Source: Octopus bimaculoides (Eukaryota). From it: a stretch of DNA of 64,000 bases. Every line of letters starts with the position of its first letter. The first letter of the stretch is position 1. The DNA lies in contig NC_068991.1 of NCBI RefSeq assembly GCF_001194135.2, positions 76,757,464 through 76,821,463 of the forward strand, in the 5' to 3' direction. This document shows positions 26,703 to 40,977 of this stretch, piece after piece. The notes beneath the pieces are model-generated. The model ran no database searches. It saw only the letters and a list, made by a program, of their open reading frames with translations, and had not been told where the DNA came from. The translations under genes were made by a program, and so were the position numbers.

Positions 26703-28029
26703 TATATAAGGACTTCAAATGAATAATATAGAATATCAAACTCAGATTGACAGCAAAAGATTGAAGACTGTCTAGCAGAATAGCTAAGGATGAAAAGGAA
26801 TTTAAGAGTTTCAAGAATTAGTAACTATATCAGACAAGGACAAATCATTGGGAAATCCATCAAGGATCTTGACTAGATAAGAGTAAGATTATGACCTTTT
26901 GAATTTGCAAGAGGTACACATGCAAGACAAACTGAGAATTTATGAACTAAACACCAAAAGCATTGAAGAACTATGTTACACCTCAATCTGCTAAAAATAC
27001 CAGCCAAATCACACTCCACCATCTGAACAGGAGTGACACACTATATAAGATAGTTCTTGTTTTCCTTAAAAAGACATTGGCCAGATCGATCAGGACAGAC
27101 CCGGAATTCAACAACAACTACCAATAAGATACAAGAGCAAGTTACTAATGTGCATATCGTCATTTTAATGTCCAGTTAACATTAATGATTGCTCCTTGTT
27201 TATATTGACTAAAAAGTAACTTGAGCTGTAAGTAGAAAATACCTGCATCTAAGATTTCAGAAGTAGCTTAGATGAAGATCTAATGAAGTAATTCATGACT
27301 GGAATGTGCAATGAAGTAAGGTATAGCTGTCACATCTAGGCCATGGCACATCGACCAAAAATATAGTTTAGACATCTGTTAATTTTCTCCGTTATAGAAG
27401 GTTGCAAATCAACCAAATCTTCATGTAGCCCAATAATACAAATCAAATGTTTTCCTATCCAAAATACTGCAACAACAACAGCCAATAAAATTGAATACAA
27501 AATACAACAAATAACTTAAGTTACAATGTTTTTAAGTTAATTCTACAGTTTTTCTACAGAAATTAGAGTCAACACAGAAAGTTACATTTACTATATGAAT
27601 ACATTTATGTAAACAATGCAAAGACAGAAAAATAGGTGATGAGTGTATATCCATATTTCACAAGTTATTGCTCTTTCTTCAGTACCACATCCAATCCATT
27701 AACCATCCACAAATACATTGCTTATACAGCCATTACATTTAGCAGTATAACACAATTGGATAGACCAATTTACATATTACACTCATTCCTGGTAAATGGT
27801 AGGTACATATTGATTGCCAGGAAAACGTTTGATATGCAAAACTGATCTGTCCAATACTGTTACACTGCTAGACTTAGTAACAGCCTTCCTTCTCACTCTT
27901 TACACACTGAGTCCAGATTCATGCAGGGTCGATAGAATAAATAGCTGTCAGGGACTGGAGTTGATGTAATCCCCTCAAAATTGCTAGCTTTGTATCAAAG
28001 TGGCTGAGTTTCTATCAAGTGTTGGGCCT

Positions 28030-28365
28030 CATAGAGGCAATGACCGAGACCCTTGGCATTATGTTGTGCTTAAGAAGACCCATCAAGCTGATCAAAATCG
28101 CAATTGTGGCAGATACCAGTGTCACGCAAATTGACACCCATGCTGGTGGCACGTAAATACACCCTGGTGTCACGCAAATGGCACCCGTACCAGTGTCACA
28201 CATATGGCACCCATTACACTCTCAGAGTGATTGGCGTTAGGAGGGGCATCCAGCCGTAGAAAACCACGCCAAATTGGACAGGAGTCTGGTGCAGCCTTCT
28301 AGCGTGCCAGCCTGATCAAACCGTCCAACCCATACCAGCATGGACAACAGACAACAAATGATGAT
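28030..28365 (+). mobile_element. RTE-tail SINE with internal short tandem units
   Basis: CCCATTACACTCTCAGAGTGATTGGCGTTAGGAGGGGCATCCAGCCGTAGAAA...CCGTCCAACCCATACCAGCATGGA, preceded by repeated GTGTCACGCAAATGGCACCC units. Confidence 0.8.
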
Positions 28366-29721
28366 TTGTGGATGGTTAACAGGTTGGATGTGGTCCTGAA
28401 GAAGGAGCGACAAACTCCTGAAATATGCACATACACCCTTTACCTATTTTTCTATCTTTGATTGCATTGTTTACATAGATGTATTTGTGTACAAAACATC
28501 ACCTTCAGTGCTGGCTCTAAATCCTATAAAAAAACCTGTAAAGATAAAGTGATTGTATCATACTACTAACACAAAAAGTAGGACAGTTTTGAGTTATAAA
28601 CCTTCAATATACTTGGTAGTGTATTGTGGTTTCAAAGCAAAATACAGTGTCTCTACTAGCAATTAAAATGGAGGTAGTAAGCTGTGTAAACACAATAAAA
28701 TTTACAGAAATTGAGTTAGTTTCTATGCTATGAAGTGAATCAAGTTTTGAAGTTTCAGGTGGGCTACACAGACCATTACTAATCTCTTTGATTCTAATTT
28801 ATTATCCATTATATATGATTTTATTATATCTTGTTCTATCATCATGAAGAAACCTGCACCAAACAGACCATTTAAACAGCCAAGATCATTTAACTTGCAA
28901 AAGCTGAATAATTACATTATTTTTTCCACAGTCTAATAGAGAGTATGCAATCAAGTTGTTAAAAATAGCATTTAAATCTCTCAAATTACAACTAATTGTA
29001 AAAAAACAAAAAAGAAAAAAAGCTAGTGTAGTTTTAGATGCTTCATAAATAAAAAAAAAAAAAAACGTTCCTTGCTCAATCTAGGACAACCCACTTCTAA
29101 ATAGCTTTTTCCCCACATTTTCACCAACTCTGGTCAACAAAATTTGATGTTCTTCATATATAGAGAAATTCAGCATCAATGCTCATTCATCTAAATAGTT
29201 ATCTTGCTTAACACATTGGCACATCTTTAATGTCATCTAAAAATAATGCTTTATGCAACAAAAACATTGAGGCTTTGAATAGATTTTAGCCACAAATTAG
29301 AAAACTAAGAGGAAAATATATCAAAAAATAAACCCTGAAGACTACAGAACATGCTAAGCACCAATGTAGCTGCATTCAATAACATTTTATTGTACAGTTT
29401 TCCAAGAAAGGCAATTTTTCTCCCGGCTGCATATGTTCCCATGGAAGACAAAGTTAATGACATCACTAGTTTAACAGTGGCATTCATGACTATCACATGT
29501 TGTCAAGAGAAGGAGATACAAACATATATACACATGTGTGTATGGTAGAAAACTTGCCGAAAAGGTGCCACGCAGCAGGATTGAAATCCAAAACAACCCA
29601 GAAGCAAATTTAACTACACAGCCATGCCTGCTCAAAAATGTGTAAATATAAACTATATCTCAGAAGGGTAATCACACCAATACAATTGATTTCAACACGG
29701 AAGTTCACATCAAGAATTTTG

Positions 29722-29885
29722 CATTCAGTCTCATCATCATTTAACGTCCGTTTTCCATGCTGGCATGGGTTGGACAGTTTCAAAGGAACTAGTCAGCAAC
29801 AGAATTGCCCCAAGCTTCATGTCCGTTTTGGCATGGTTTCTACAGCTGGATGCCTTTCCTAACACCAACCACTTTACAGCATGTA
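29722..29885 (-). mobile_element. RTE-tail SINE, 3' part
   Basis: TCATCATCATTTAACGTCCGTTTTCCATGCTGGCATGGGTTGGAC...GGATGCCTTTCCTAACACCAACCAC is the reverse complement of the family tail. Confidence 0.8.
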
Positions 29886-31564
29886 CCGATGATGGCTTTT
29901 GTGTGACTTTATGTCCAATTTTAAATAAACCCTTTAAAAAACAAGGTGCACATCAAATCAAATAATCGTTGAGAATTTTATTGATAGGATTTGTTGTTGG
30001 ACAAAAAGATCTGGAACCAAAAGACATGGACGAAAAGACATTTGACGAAGTGACGTCGGACGAAAAGACATAGCCCCCATACAAGCAGTTGTTATTCATT
30101 TGCAACATTCTACAAAAATATGTCTGGTCATGGGGAAATATTACCTTGCTTAGAAACAAGTGAGAGTTGGTGACAAGAAGGGCATTCAGCCATTGGAAAT
30201 CTGCCTCAATAAACCTCATCTAAATTATGCAAGCATGGAAACATGGATGATATAAATTAACAACAATATGTCTATAGCAAAAATCAAAACAGCTTAACAT
30301 TACAGGAGCTCATAATTTAGACAGTCCAAAAGCTGTTGGATATTTTTTCTTAAATTCATTCTCTTTGTTGCACAAATTTATGAACAACAGTCAAAGGTCA
30401 TTTTTATTCTCCATACTGAATTATATCACCCAGTAAGGACTTGGAAAACTCCCTGACATATTACAGAACAAAAATTCTATGTAAATTTTTTTAAGTTTCA
30501 GGTTTTAGTGCTGCAGTCAGAGCTAAGTCCTCATAAGTCCATAAAAATGTTAGTTCTTAATGATTATGATGAAACCAAAGCAATATCTTCTTCCGTAACC
30601 ATGGTCTTCACAGGACCTCTGAAACTGCTGTTGATACCCTTAATATTCCAGTTAACTATTGCAAGCTGAAACAAATTGTTTCATAAGAAACATTCAGAAG
30701 CTGACATTGAGCTTCTACAAAATTAAAAAAAATGTAGCCTTGTGCCCATTTTAGATATCAATATTTTCCCCAATACAAACACATCAACATCATAATGTTA
30801 CATAGTGTTTGACAATTATTAAATATAACTAAGTAGTCAACCTACTTTAAATCAATAGAAGGACACGATCTATATTTTGTTCAAGAAAATAACATTTTTG
30901 TCATTCTGATTTTAAAATGATTGTAATATTCAGTTAGACACGAAATAACTCTTCCACAGCTTCTAGGTTAAGCTTTCAAAACAAAACTATAAATTCTAAT
31001 TTTTGCACAAGGTCTGCAATTTTGAGGGGAGGAGGCAAGTTGATTACATCAACCCTAATACATAACTGGTATATATTTTATCAACCTCAACAGAATTTGA
31101 ACTCAATGTAAGAGGCAGAAGTAAGAGCCATTGGGCATTTTATCTGAAAGGCTCATAATTCTGCCAGTTCACCACCTTCAAGACTTCTTACAAATTTATA
31201 GATTTTGATTATTTGTTTTGTATTTTTCAATTCAATCGTATTTAGGTTGAAGATTTCTTTAAAATAATTTCTTTGGCTGTTCCACATGAGAGAGAAAGCC
31301 ATCAATGTTGAACTCGGTAAGAATCCCTTGCACCCATCTACTGGGATGCAGAAAGTTTTCCTAACCTCACCATCTGTTAGACTATCTTTTTCTGTTTCAG
31401 TCACTGAACTACAGCTAAAAAGGGGCACCGCATTGAAGGATGCAGTTGAACAAATCAACTCCAGTACTTATTTTTAAAAGTTTGGTACTTGTTCCATCAG
31501 TCTTTTTGTACCAAACCACTAAGTCATAGAGTGACAAACAAGCTAACGCCAGTTGTAACCAGTA

Positions 31565-31755
31565 GAGGTGACATATATACACACACACACACACGATAGG
31601 CTCCCACAAAGTTTCAGTCTACCAAATCTGCTCACAAGGATTGGTTAGCCCAGGATTACAATAGATGCCACTTACCAAAGGTGCCATACAGCAGAACTGA
31701 ACCTGAAACCTCATGGTTGCAAAGCAAGCTTCTTAACCACACAGTTACACCTGTA
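31565..31755 (-). mobile_element. tRNA-derived SINE head
   Basis: Reverse complement of the family head (A-box TGTGTGGTTAAG, B-box GGTTCAGTTC) seen on + at 32013-32180. Confidence 0.7.
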
Positions 31756-32012
31756 CCCACAAATGAAGTAAATGTGTGTGTGAATTTAACTTGGTATGCA
31801 TGGCACAATGAGAGTACTGGCCTTCTGGACAAAGCCCTTTCTTGAAGACAGGAATTTTGCCAAAATAGGATCACACTACATTCCTCAGACCAATGTTTAT
31901 TTACTACAAATTTAGTTGACTGAAAATTTGCCCAAGTTTAACATTTCAGCAGTAAACTCACCAGCTTGGCTATTTCCAGCATAGTTTTACAAAGATTTTT
32001 GCCAAAATATCA

Positions 32013-32180
32013 GGCACAGGAATCACTGTGTTGTAAGAAGCTCGCTTCCCAACCACATGGTTTCAGGTTCAATCCTATTGTGTGGTGTCTTCAGTGTTTT
32101 CTACTATAGCCTCAGGCTGACCAAAGCCTTGTGATTGGATGTGGCAGATGGCAACTGAAATGAACTCTCACACACACACA
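32013..32180 (+). mobile_element. tRNA-derived SINE head, inverted relative to 31565-31755
   Basis: GGCACAGGAATCACTGTGTTGTAAGAAGCTCGCTTCCCAACCACATGGTTTCAGGTTCAATCC..., with degenerate Pol III A/B boxes and a (CA)n end. Confidence 0.75.
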
Positions 32181-33183
32181 ATCATCAATATAAAGCTCCG
32201 TTCGGAGTCATATAGACTCATAGGACCAGTTTCTTGGTTTCCACGACGTATATGTTCCCCACCTGGCCAGGATGCCAGTCGGTCACAGGATTACTGTTTT
32301 GCCAGCTGAGTGACCTGAGCAACATGAAATGAAGTGATTTGCTCAAAAACACAATGGTCCAGGAATCAAAACCATAATCTTACGATCAGGAGTCCAACAC
32401 CCTAACCACTAAGCCATGTGCCTTCACATGCACATATCTTTGTGTGAGTCTGTGTTTGTCCCCCACTACTGCTTGACAACCAGTGTTAGTGTCTTTACAT
32501 CCTTGTAATTTAGCAGTTTGGAGAAAGAAGCCAACAAAATAAGTCCGGTGCTTTTTTACATGCCACCGGCACAGGTATAACATACTTGGTAGTATATTAT
32601 AATTGCAAAATGAAATACTGAGTCTTGCCTGCAATTGATATATACATATCAGTTGCCAGGAATGTGTACAACAGTTGTAAACATGTGTCATTGTCATTCA
32701 AGCAATGTCCTTCATTTCCAATATTCTGTGGAAACATGTCCAACCATAGAGAAAATATGACTTACAATTCCATCTGACCCATACAAGTAAAGCAGACATT
32801 AAAATGATGATGATGATATAAGGGTATGTATATAGCCACCCAAGTTAAAGAGAAATCTCAAACCAATAATAGTCTGTGACGTTATGAATCAAATAATATA
32901 CACTCATAACTGTGAGCATATATGTGTATATGCATATATTTAATAGCTAATGTCAGGCAGACATTGTGTCTGCTGGCTACTTGCATGCATAAAGCTAAGT
33001 TAAAAAATCAGAACTTTCACTCAATATATTATAGAATAGAATACAGAATGTCAGAATAAAGCATTTTTTCACCATGTTATTACATCTTCCTTTTATAAGG
33101 AAAGCTTCAGTGTGTGTATATNNNNNNNNNNATATATATATATATTATAAATTAACTACCAACAAAAATAATTGGTAAGCCAA

Positions 33184-33305
33184 TTTTAGGCTGTTACAAA
33201 TATTGATTTGTAGAGATTTGAATATTTGTGTTTTATATATATATATATATATATATAACACAAATATTCAAATCTCTACAAATCAATATTTGTAACAGCC
33301 TAAAA
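33184..33305. repeat. Perfect 49-bp inverted repeat around a (TA)n spacer
   Basis: 33184-33232 is the exact reverse complement of 33257-33305. The 24-nt spacer is TT followed by an (AT)n run. Confidence 0.95.
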
Positions 33306-34379
33306 ATAAGGACAGGGATATTCACCTATATTACCCCACCTCTTCTTTCAGAAAATGTCAAGATGGAAGAAAAAAAAATCCAAGTAGCCATCACAAATAT
33401 TTAGGGATAATGGATAGGACTACATTCTGTAGGCTGAACCAAAAGTATGCAAATGGCAAACTGACATTGGTAGGGAAACAACAAAGTCATACTGCATCAA
33501 ATAAAATGCCTTGTATTTGTTCCATTTCTGCAATCTGGGTTCAAATCATATTGAGATCAACTTCACTTCAATCCTTTCAGCACCGCCTCTCCTCAAATGA
33601 AATTTTAAAATATATTAAAGCCATTGCAATACCCATAACTTTCCTACATACACTGCACCCTCAGCATTCTTGCTCTAACAAGATATAAATAATCATACAA
33701 GTGAACTGGAATGTTGCTACTGCAACAGAAGAGGTGAAAACATTTGCTAAATTTTGGGATATTGGATCAGCAAGAGGTTTTGTCCTGTGTACATGCATGT
33801 CAACTAGGTGGCCCAGGAAAGCCATCCCCTGTACCTGCGCTTCTTGGCTATAGTTAGAAAAGATTAAATGGTTCAATCCAAAATCTTAACTAGAATTTTT
33901 GGCTGTTTGCCAAAAACTGATATTCACATTGCTCGCACTCATGTACCAGACTGGAAAAAGCTGTCCATAAATTGCATTTCTTTAATATCAAGGCTTATGT
34001 TCTCATTGAAAATTTTAAGAGCCCAGTAACCAATTTGGATAAAAAATAAAAAACTACTGATTCTTTATCATTTGCTTGTCTGAACACAGGTATTGTATTT
34101 AATGTTAAGAATTTTAATTTTAGAACCAAGGAGATGACACAATTCTAAGGAAAACATGCTCTTTGAACCAGCAAGTGATGGTAACTGGACAGAGACATAG
34201 CATTGGAAGCTATAGAAAGGAAATTTAAAGAAAAAGCATTTACAGAAGAATTCATTACATCTGATAAGTAACAATGAACCTCAAATCTCAGACACCATTT
34301 ATTGGAGTTCTATGAAAAGGTATAAACAGGAACAAATGCTACAGACAATTCTATTTCTAATTAGTTATACAAAATAAAT

Positions 34380-34705
34380 ACATGGTTTCAGGTTCAGTCG
34401 CACTACATGGCATCTTGCACAAGTGTCTACTATAGCCCCAGGCTGACCAAAGCCTTCTGAGTGGATTTGGTAAACAGAAACTTCCCTTAACACCATGCTG
34501 TGACACCATCAAGTAGTGGTACCATTCATTTCCACTTTTCTCAGACATGTCTGGCCATGGAGAAATATTATATAACTTGGAAACAGGTGAGAATTGGCAA
34601 CAGGAAGGGCATCCAACCATGGAAAATCCACCTAACAAACTGTCTGATCCATGCAAGCATGGAAAAGTGGACATTAAAGAACAATGATGATGATGATGAT
34701 GATAA
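34380..34705 (+). mobile_element. SINE (tRNA-type head fragment plus RTE-like tail ending (GAT)n)
   Basis: CATGGTTTCAGGTTCAGTCGCAC...GGCAACAGGAAGGGCATCCAACC...CCATGCAAGCATGGAAAAG...(GAT)5. Confidence 0.75.
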
Positions 34706-34902
34706 AGAAAATACAGTAATTTCATCGAGAACACACTGATGGTCTGATACAATCATAAAAGAACAAACATCCTATGGTAAGAATTAAAAAAAGACTAAGG
34801 CAGTAAGACTGACATAGTTTGGCTTTAAAGGACAGAATAGAATTGGTAAGAGGGAGCTAACAAACATATTACAATAACTGAACCTAATTTTCTTTTACAT
34901 TT

Positions 34903-34907
<5 letters not shown>

Positions 34908-34954
<47 letters not shown>
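34908..34954. repeat. (CA)n microsatellite
   Basis: Directly visible. Other (CA)n runs at about 36962-37001, 21386-21407 and 39509-39531. Confidence 0.95.
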
Positions 34955-34956
<2 letters not shown>

Positions 34957-36589
34957 TCCAGTGTTCTATATACAGTAATTAAAGACCATGAGCCATAATT
35001 GTTGATTAACACTCACAGAAGTTGAACAAGATATCCACATAACAGTGGCTATCTGAGGATGAAGAGTTTAATATTAACAAGATGACCTGCTCTACACTGG
35101 CCAGTAATCAGACTTATGAGAAGAGTACTGGATTACCTTGTTGCCTTTTTCTCTTGACCAAAAAGAACTTGATCTCGGCCCCAAATAGAGGGTTTTCAGA
35201 TTTTACAGAAATTAATATGCACAGGTGGACAGTAATGAGAAGGTTTCATCCAATAGACACAGCACTGGTAGGGGTACAAGCTGAGAGATGTCCAAAACCC
35301 TAGCAACACCACAAGCTGCAACTCCTTCAGTTCTAATAGGAGAGGTGAAATATGTTGCTGCTACCTTATAAAAGAGGATTGGTAGAAAAAGAATCCAACA
35401 AATTGGCCAAATACTAAGCAATTGTATAGAATTATATTTTCTTGCTTACAGTACTTAAACACACACAATTCAAATTACACTGAAGTGTTATACTATATGC
35501 CTATAAAGCAGAGGGTAGCGGAATTCCAAAATAATTTACCAAATGCATGTGGGAAATTACCAACATATTCCTACTGCTAGCTAACCTATTAAACCTTCTG
35601 TTACCATAATTCTATTGAAATATATTTTCTTTGTTTCAATCAACTTTGAAAATAATAAATTTAATAAGATAACTTATTATTAAGCTGGTGCCAAGTATGA
35701 ATTCCACCAAAGTCAACTTTGCTTTTCATCATTGGGGGGGGGGGGGTCTTGAAAATAAGTACTAGCCAAGTACTGGGGTCAATGTAATTACAAGCCACCT
35801 CCTGGAGAATTTCAGGCCCTTGTGTCGACAGGAGAAAGAATTGAGATAGAAATTAACACGACATTTGATGGAAGTGTGTATCATAGAACCAAGAGTGGTT
35901 TCAGGGAGGGCTAAAAGACATAAGCCAATGTTTTGTCTCAGTTCAGCCTTGTTAAAGCAGACCAATCACCAGTGGTGTTCCAGTCATGACCAATGCATAT
36001 CTAGAATCAAATTAATAACTGTATCACTCTTTCCAAAGTGGTATGATGTAATTTGAGGGATGTTTGGCAGATATGTCTGTGTGCAACATGTAGCTTTTGA
36101 TATGGAGATGAAAAAGTGACTGTATGATACCTGATGGGGCAAAATGTGTCATGTGGTACATGGATAAAATAGACTCTGCAGAGGAAGCCCTCAAAACATA
36201 GGAAGCAAGACTGATATTTAAAATCTAAGAATACCATAACCCAAAGACATGACACAGAATCAAACTGGAAAAACTGTCTGCTCCACATGTACCAACATGG
36301 CAAAATTAATACTGTTTTTTCAGACCAAAATTTGCAGTCAAAAGAAGGGAGACATATCCAAGACAATTTTGGAGGTCCGAAAATTTCATGTGAAATATAG
36401 GATTTAGAAAACTTGTGGCAATGTTTGAAGGTTTATATATTTATGTTGACATCTATGTCAGAAAATACGGTATTAAAACAACAACAGGAATGCAATGCAA
36501 ATACAGAACATAAGCTCATTTGTGAGCTTACATCAACTATCACAATATCAAGAATAAATTAAGAAAGTAAGTTTGCTATGTAACAAAAC

Positions 36590-36951
36590 AGTAGCAGGTT
36601 CAATCCCACTGGTACAACACCTTCACTAAGTGTTTCTGGTGTAGTCTCGGGTTGGACAAAGCATTATGAAGGAAATTTAAAACAGAAACTTGTCAGGGCT
36701 GTGTGTGTGTATACATATTGATTGAAATGTCTGTAAAAAGCACCAACCAATTGTGACCAATACCAGTACCCACTGACTGGCTCCTGTGCCGGTGGCACAT
36801 AAAAAGCACCCACAACACTCTCGGAGCGGTTGGCGTTAGGAAGGGCATACAGCTGTAGAAACTCTGCCAAACCAGATTGGAGCCTGGTGCAGTCGCTGGC
36901 TCTCCAGACCTCAGACAAACCGTCCAACCCATGCCAGCATGGAAAACGGAC
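36590..36951 (+). mobile_element. SINE head fragment followed by a well-preserved RTE-tail SINE abutting a gap
   Basis: GGTTCAATCCCACTGG...; GTGCCGGTGGCACATAAAAAGCACCC...GGTTGGCGTTAGGAAGGGCAT...CCGTCCAACCCATGCCAGCATGGAAAACGGAC. Confidence 0.85.
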
Positions 36952-36961
36952 NNNNNNNNNN

Positions 36962-37003
<42 letters not shown>

Positions 37004-38931
37004 ATGGATATGTACATACTCGTGTGTGCATATGTACAGATATTTGCATGAATATAAATTTATATTTACAGAAATATTTATGTTGGTATACACACATCAG
37101 TAAATACATGTCAATATAAGTTTCAATTTGCTTCCAATTATGTCAAAACACATTTTACCATTCTCCAGTTTTCGAGTGGATGACTGTCAGGGGTCTAGAC
37201 AGACTAAAATCATTGCAATGACATCATTGCAATGAAGAAAGCCAGTAAAAGATTTTAAGAAAATATTTAGATTCTAATAACAATTCTTTACCAAATTCCA
37301 CAAATTAGACTTACTCTCAGTCAAAAATCCTTAATCCTCCGTCTCAATTTGCTGTGATTCTCTTATCAAGAATGCAATCTGCATTAACTAATGCAAAAAT
37401 GGAAGCAATAGCAAAGAAAAAGTTGTAGACAATATAATGAAAATTCAAAGAATTTCTGTGGTTATATCTATAAAGCTATGCATTATGGAAACAGTAATAT
37501 GATTTATACCTCAGTGCAGTAAGGTTCTTGCTAAGATGGAATTGGCTATTAGTAACTAGGGGTACACAAAGATCCAAGAGCCTGCAACTGGGAAAACTGG
37601 ACAAGATGTTATGCGCCACTCATCTACCTCTGCTATAAAGTAGGGATCTACTGTCCCCCTGCATGCACCCTTCATTTCTATCCTGTGACAAACAGCAGCC
37701 CCAACAAAAGGTGAAATTCCCAAACACAGACTCAAAGAGAAGACTAAATTTTACATTTGTATAATTCTTTCTTCATCATGGGGTTATACCAATTCAAAAC
37801 CATCTTTTATAAAGCATGCTGATTTGTCCACTCACTTTGCAACCCTTACAACACCTCCGTACCTTTTCCTATGAGAAAAACAGCCTTAATGCATACAGGA
37901 GTGAACAGGATTTGGAGAAGTAAAGAACTACATAAAATATTGAAATTGTTCTTCAGGCCCAAGTTAGCTAATCAAAACAGATATGATTAAAGGACATGTC
38001 CAACTGTAACCATCCAGTTTTTAAGGGTGGTGTGATGAGGGAGCTTTAGCTGTTGTTTCTTGAAGCTCAAGTGACTGTTTAGAGACTATCTTAATGGGTT
38101 CATTAAAAGTAGAAGGAAAGGCATCAACAGAGGATGAAAATACAAGGAAATGACAAGCAGTATGACCACAGGATATTACAGTCTGCTTGTGTGGAAATCT
38201 GATTTACAAATCAATGAAGGAGGACTATGTGGTTGTTCCACTTGCTAGAAATAGCAACCAAGTCTCGCCACCGTGTTAAAGAGACGACATTAGATGATAG
38301 TCTTAATCACACTGAATACAATGATGATGATGATGATTATGGCTGGAGTGTCTTCTGATCAGCAAAGTATGATCAAGGGTTAAGCAACAACTATTGTGAC
38401 AATGAAGAGTGATGGTCACACAACGAGGATTTTGAAGGCCGAAATTAGTAGAGGACAAAAAATCTCAGAAGTCTCAGGCCAACACTGACACTACCGAGAC
38501 ATTGCTTCTTGGCCACAGACAAAGTAACCTTTCTAGAAAGAATAGTAATGGAATAAAACTGATAATGTAGAAGAGGGTGGCATTTTAATCCTGGCAATAG
38601 CCACCAGCACCAATAGCAGGATAAAATGCACCTAATGCTATAAAGTGATTGGTGACAAGGGTGTCCATAAAGGCACTAAATGATGTCATTATCAACTTTG
38701 AAACAAGATTACCCACGTCAGATTTGAGACAGGACTAATTTTGAAGATAGACTTATTTCAGTCATTGGATTGCAGCCATGTTGTGACACAGCTTTCAAGG
38801 GTTTTAGTTAAACAGATCAACCTCTGTACTTGATTTTTTTTTTTTTAAGTCTCATACTCATTTCATCAATCACTTTTGCCAAACAACTATGTTAGAGAGA
38901 CATGACAATGATGCACGCACACAAACACACC

Positions 38932-39255
38932 CCATTTAATGCCCATTTTCCATGTTGGTATGGGTTGGATGGTTTAACAGGAGCTGGCCAGCCCAGAGAG
39001 CAGTCCCAGGCTCCATTTGTCTTTTGGCAAGATTTCTATGACAAGATGCCCATCCAAAAACCAACCATTTTACAAAATGTACTGGGTGCTTTTTATGATG
39101 GTCTTCCACAGTTTCCATCTACCAAATTCACTTACAAGCTTAGCCTAGGGTTATAGTGTTACAGAAGACACTTATCCAAGATGCCACACTATGTAACTGA
39201 ACCTGAAACCATGTGGTCAAGAAGCAAGCTGCTTACCTCACAGCCATGCCCGTGT
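38932..39255 (-). mobile_element. SINE (RTE tail plus tRNA-type head), minus orientation
   Basis: TTTAATGCCCATTTTCCATGTTGGTATGGGTTGGATGG...; GAAGACACTTATCCAAGATGCCAC...GAACCTGAAACCATGTGG. Confidence 0.75.
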
Positions 39256-39699
39256 CAATTATACATAAAGTTTCACCATGACATGAACTTGGATTGCTGG
39301 ATTCAGAGTCCAGTGCCAACCTTTACACCAAGAGATATTGAGGCAAATATTTCTCTAAGTCCAAGTCCAAATGGAATCAACTTTATCTTCTATATCAGAG
39401 GTAAAAAAATACTTGAAAGGTAAATAGAAACCGGTTCAAATTGATTATTCTTCAAACAAAATTGTGTCATTTCAGAAGAAATCTATTTTCATGTGGTATT
39501 GCTTACTGAACACACACACACACACACACACTATTTGGTGTCAAAACAAACCTGATAACATATGGCACACAGATTATATTATTGACTGCAAAGACAATCT
39601 AAAAATATAAATATCGACTGTAGACTATGTCCAGTGAAACAATGTGGCCTCACAAGGGAACAAATGATAGAAAAGTATATTGGAACAGACCAACTTAAG

Positions 39700-40080
39700 T
39701 GTAAGCATGAATAAAGAAAAAGATTACAATCAGAAAAGAAAAGTGGTGAGCTGGATTAAACAAAGTGGATCAATAAGGCAACTTAGCAAAGAGAGCAAGG
39801 ACTAATGCAGTGTGGAGAGGTGATCTTTAGTGCTGTCAGACAACCGTAGTTCTGATGATGTGATGGAACAGCACTCAGTCCAAGCCATGCAATGGATGGC
39901 AATTTGAAGGGCATCGAGCAATAAAACAATACCAAACAAATCTTGGTAAGTTTTCTTTGTCATTGAGCGTATCTGATGACAATGGACTGCACCAAGTGTT
40001 TGACACTATGAGGGAATGGACAAATTCAACCCAAGGCAGCATGGAGAAGAAAAAACAAAGATTTAAAAGAGTTATGATGA
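39700..40080 (+). mobile_element. Probable RTE-like LINE 3' relic
   Basis: Degenerate region ending in GAAGGGCATCGAGCAATAAAAC...TTCAACCCAAGGCAGCATGGAG, resembling the tail shared by the SINEs. No clean ORF. Confidence 0.35.
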
Positions 40081-40923
40081 CTAACATTATGAAATAGCAA
40101 AGGACACTGACTAACAAAAGATGTCAGACAAAACTAAAAACAAGGGTCTTCTGAAAGTATGGAATTCAGTTCTAAGGAATCAACCCAGCAAGCAACAAAT
40201 TCCATGAGATCCACCTAGAATTACACTTTAGGGATCAATTTTGCCACTAGGAGCATTTGAATTCTAGAATTATTTTTTGGCCTCAACACTAACTTGAATA
40301 GTTATGAGTAATTTCTCCACAAAGTGAGAAAAATTTTTGATTTAAAAGAACAAATGCATTGTACTCTTAAGAAAGGAATATTAATATGCTTTAGTTAATT
40401 CTCAAGTGGTAAGAACACTTGATAAAACTAGTCACGCAATTAATAAGTACTTGACCTTAAGGAGTAAAACAAAAGAACCAACCCCCAGAAACACAGGCAC
40501 AGAAATAATGTGCCCTATCTTGCAGGTATAAAGCAATAACATTATTCCGAATTCCTGTTTAGGTCAAGTTTAATATTTGACCTAGTTAAAGTCAAAGTTT
40601 TTTTTTTCCTTTTAAGTTGAATATTTTTGATACCAATGTTCCCCAGGTTATCACATTACCAAAGCTTGTTTCTGCTATGGGTTCCAAGATGTCATTTTTG
40701 CTTATGTTGATATATAAAGTTGAAGGAAGCAAAATAAAAGTTGGGACACGCAAGCAAACAATTTCCTGTGGAGGACAAAAAAATATATACATCCACCCAA
40801 AAAATATATGCAATACTAAAACACTTGACAAAATTATTACTTCAGAGCCCCTGCAGATATGACTAAGTTCACTGCAATAGTTAAACAGCAAATGGCAAGT
40901 TACTTTGAGAAGTGTGTGTGTGC

Positions 40924-40924
<1 letters not shown>

Positions 40925-40973
<49 letters not shown>
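40925..40973. repeat. (TA)n microsatellite
   Basis: Directly visible. Other (TA)n runs at about 25110-25133, 52200-52224 and 62711-62744, and bordering several gaps. Confidence 0.95.

Positions 40974-40977
<4 letters not shown>

Noticed and set aside
31246-31400. + strand intron-like segment 31317-31400 (GTAAGA, CTAAC, TTTCAG) with a 71-nt upstream exon candidate
   Set aside because: The putative exon has stops in all three frames and there is no other support. An antisense lncRNA cannot be excluded without RNA data.
32013-32180. tRNA genes at A-box/B-box-like sequences
   Set aside because: No complete cloverleaf, and they continue into SINE bodies. These are tRNA-derived SINE heads.
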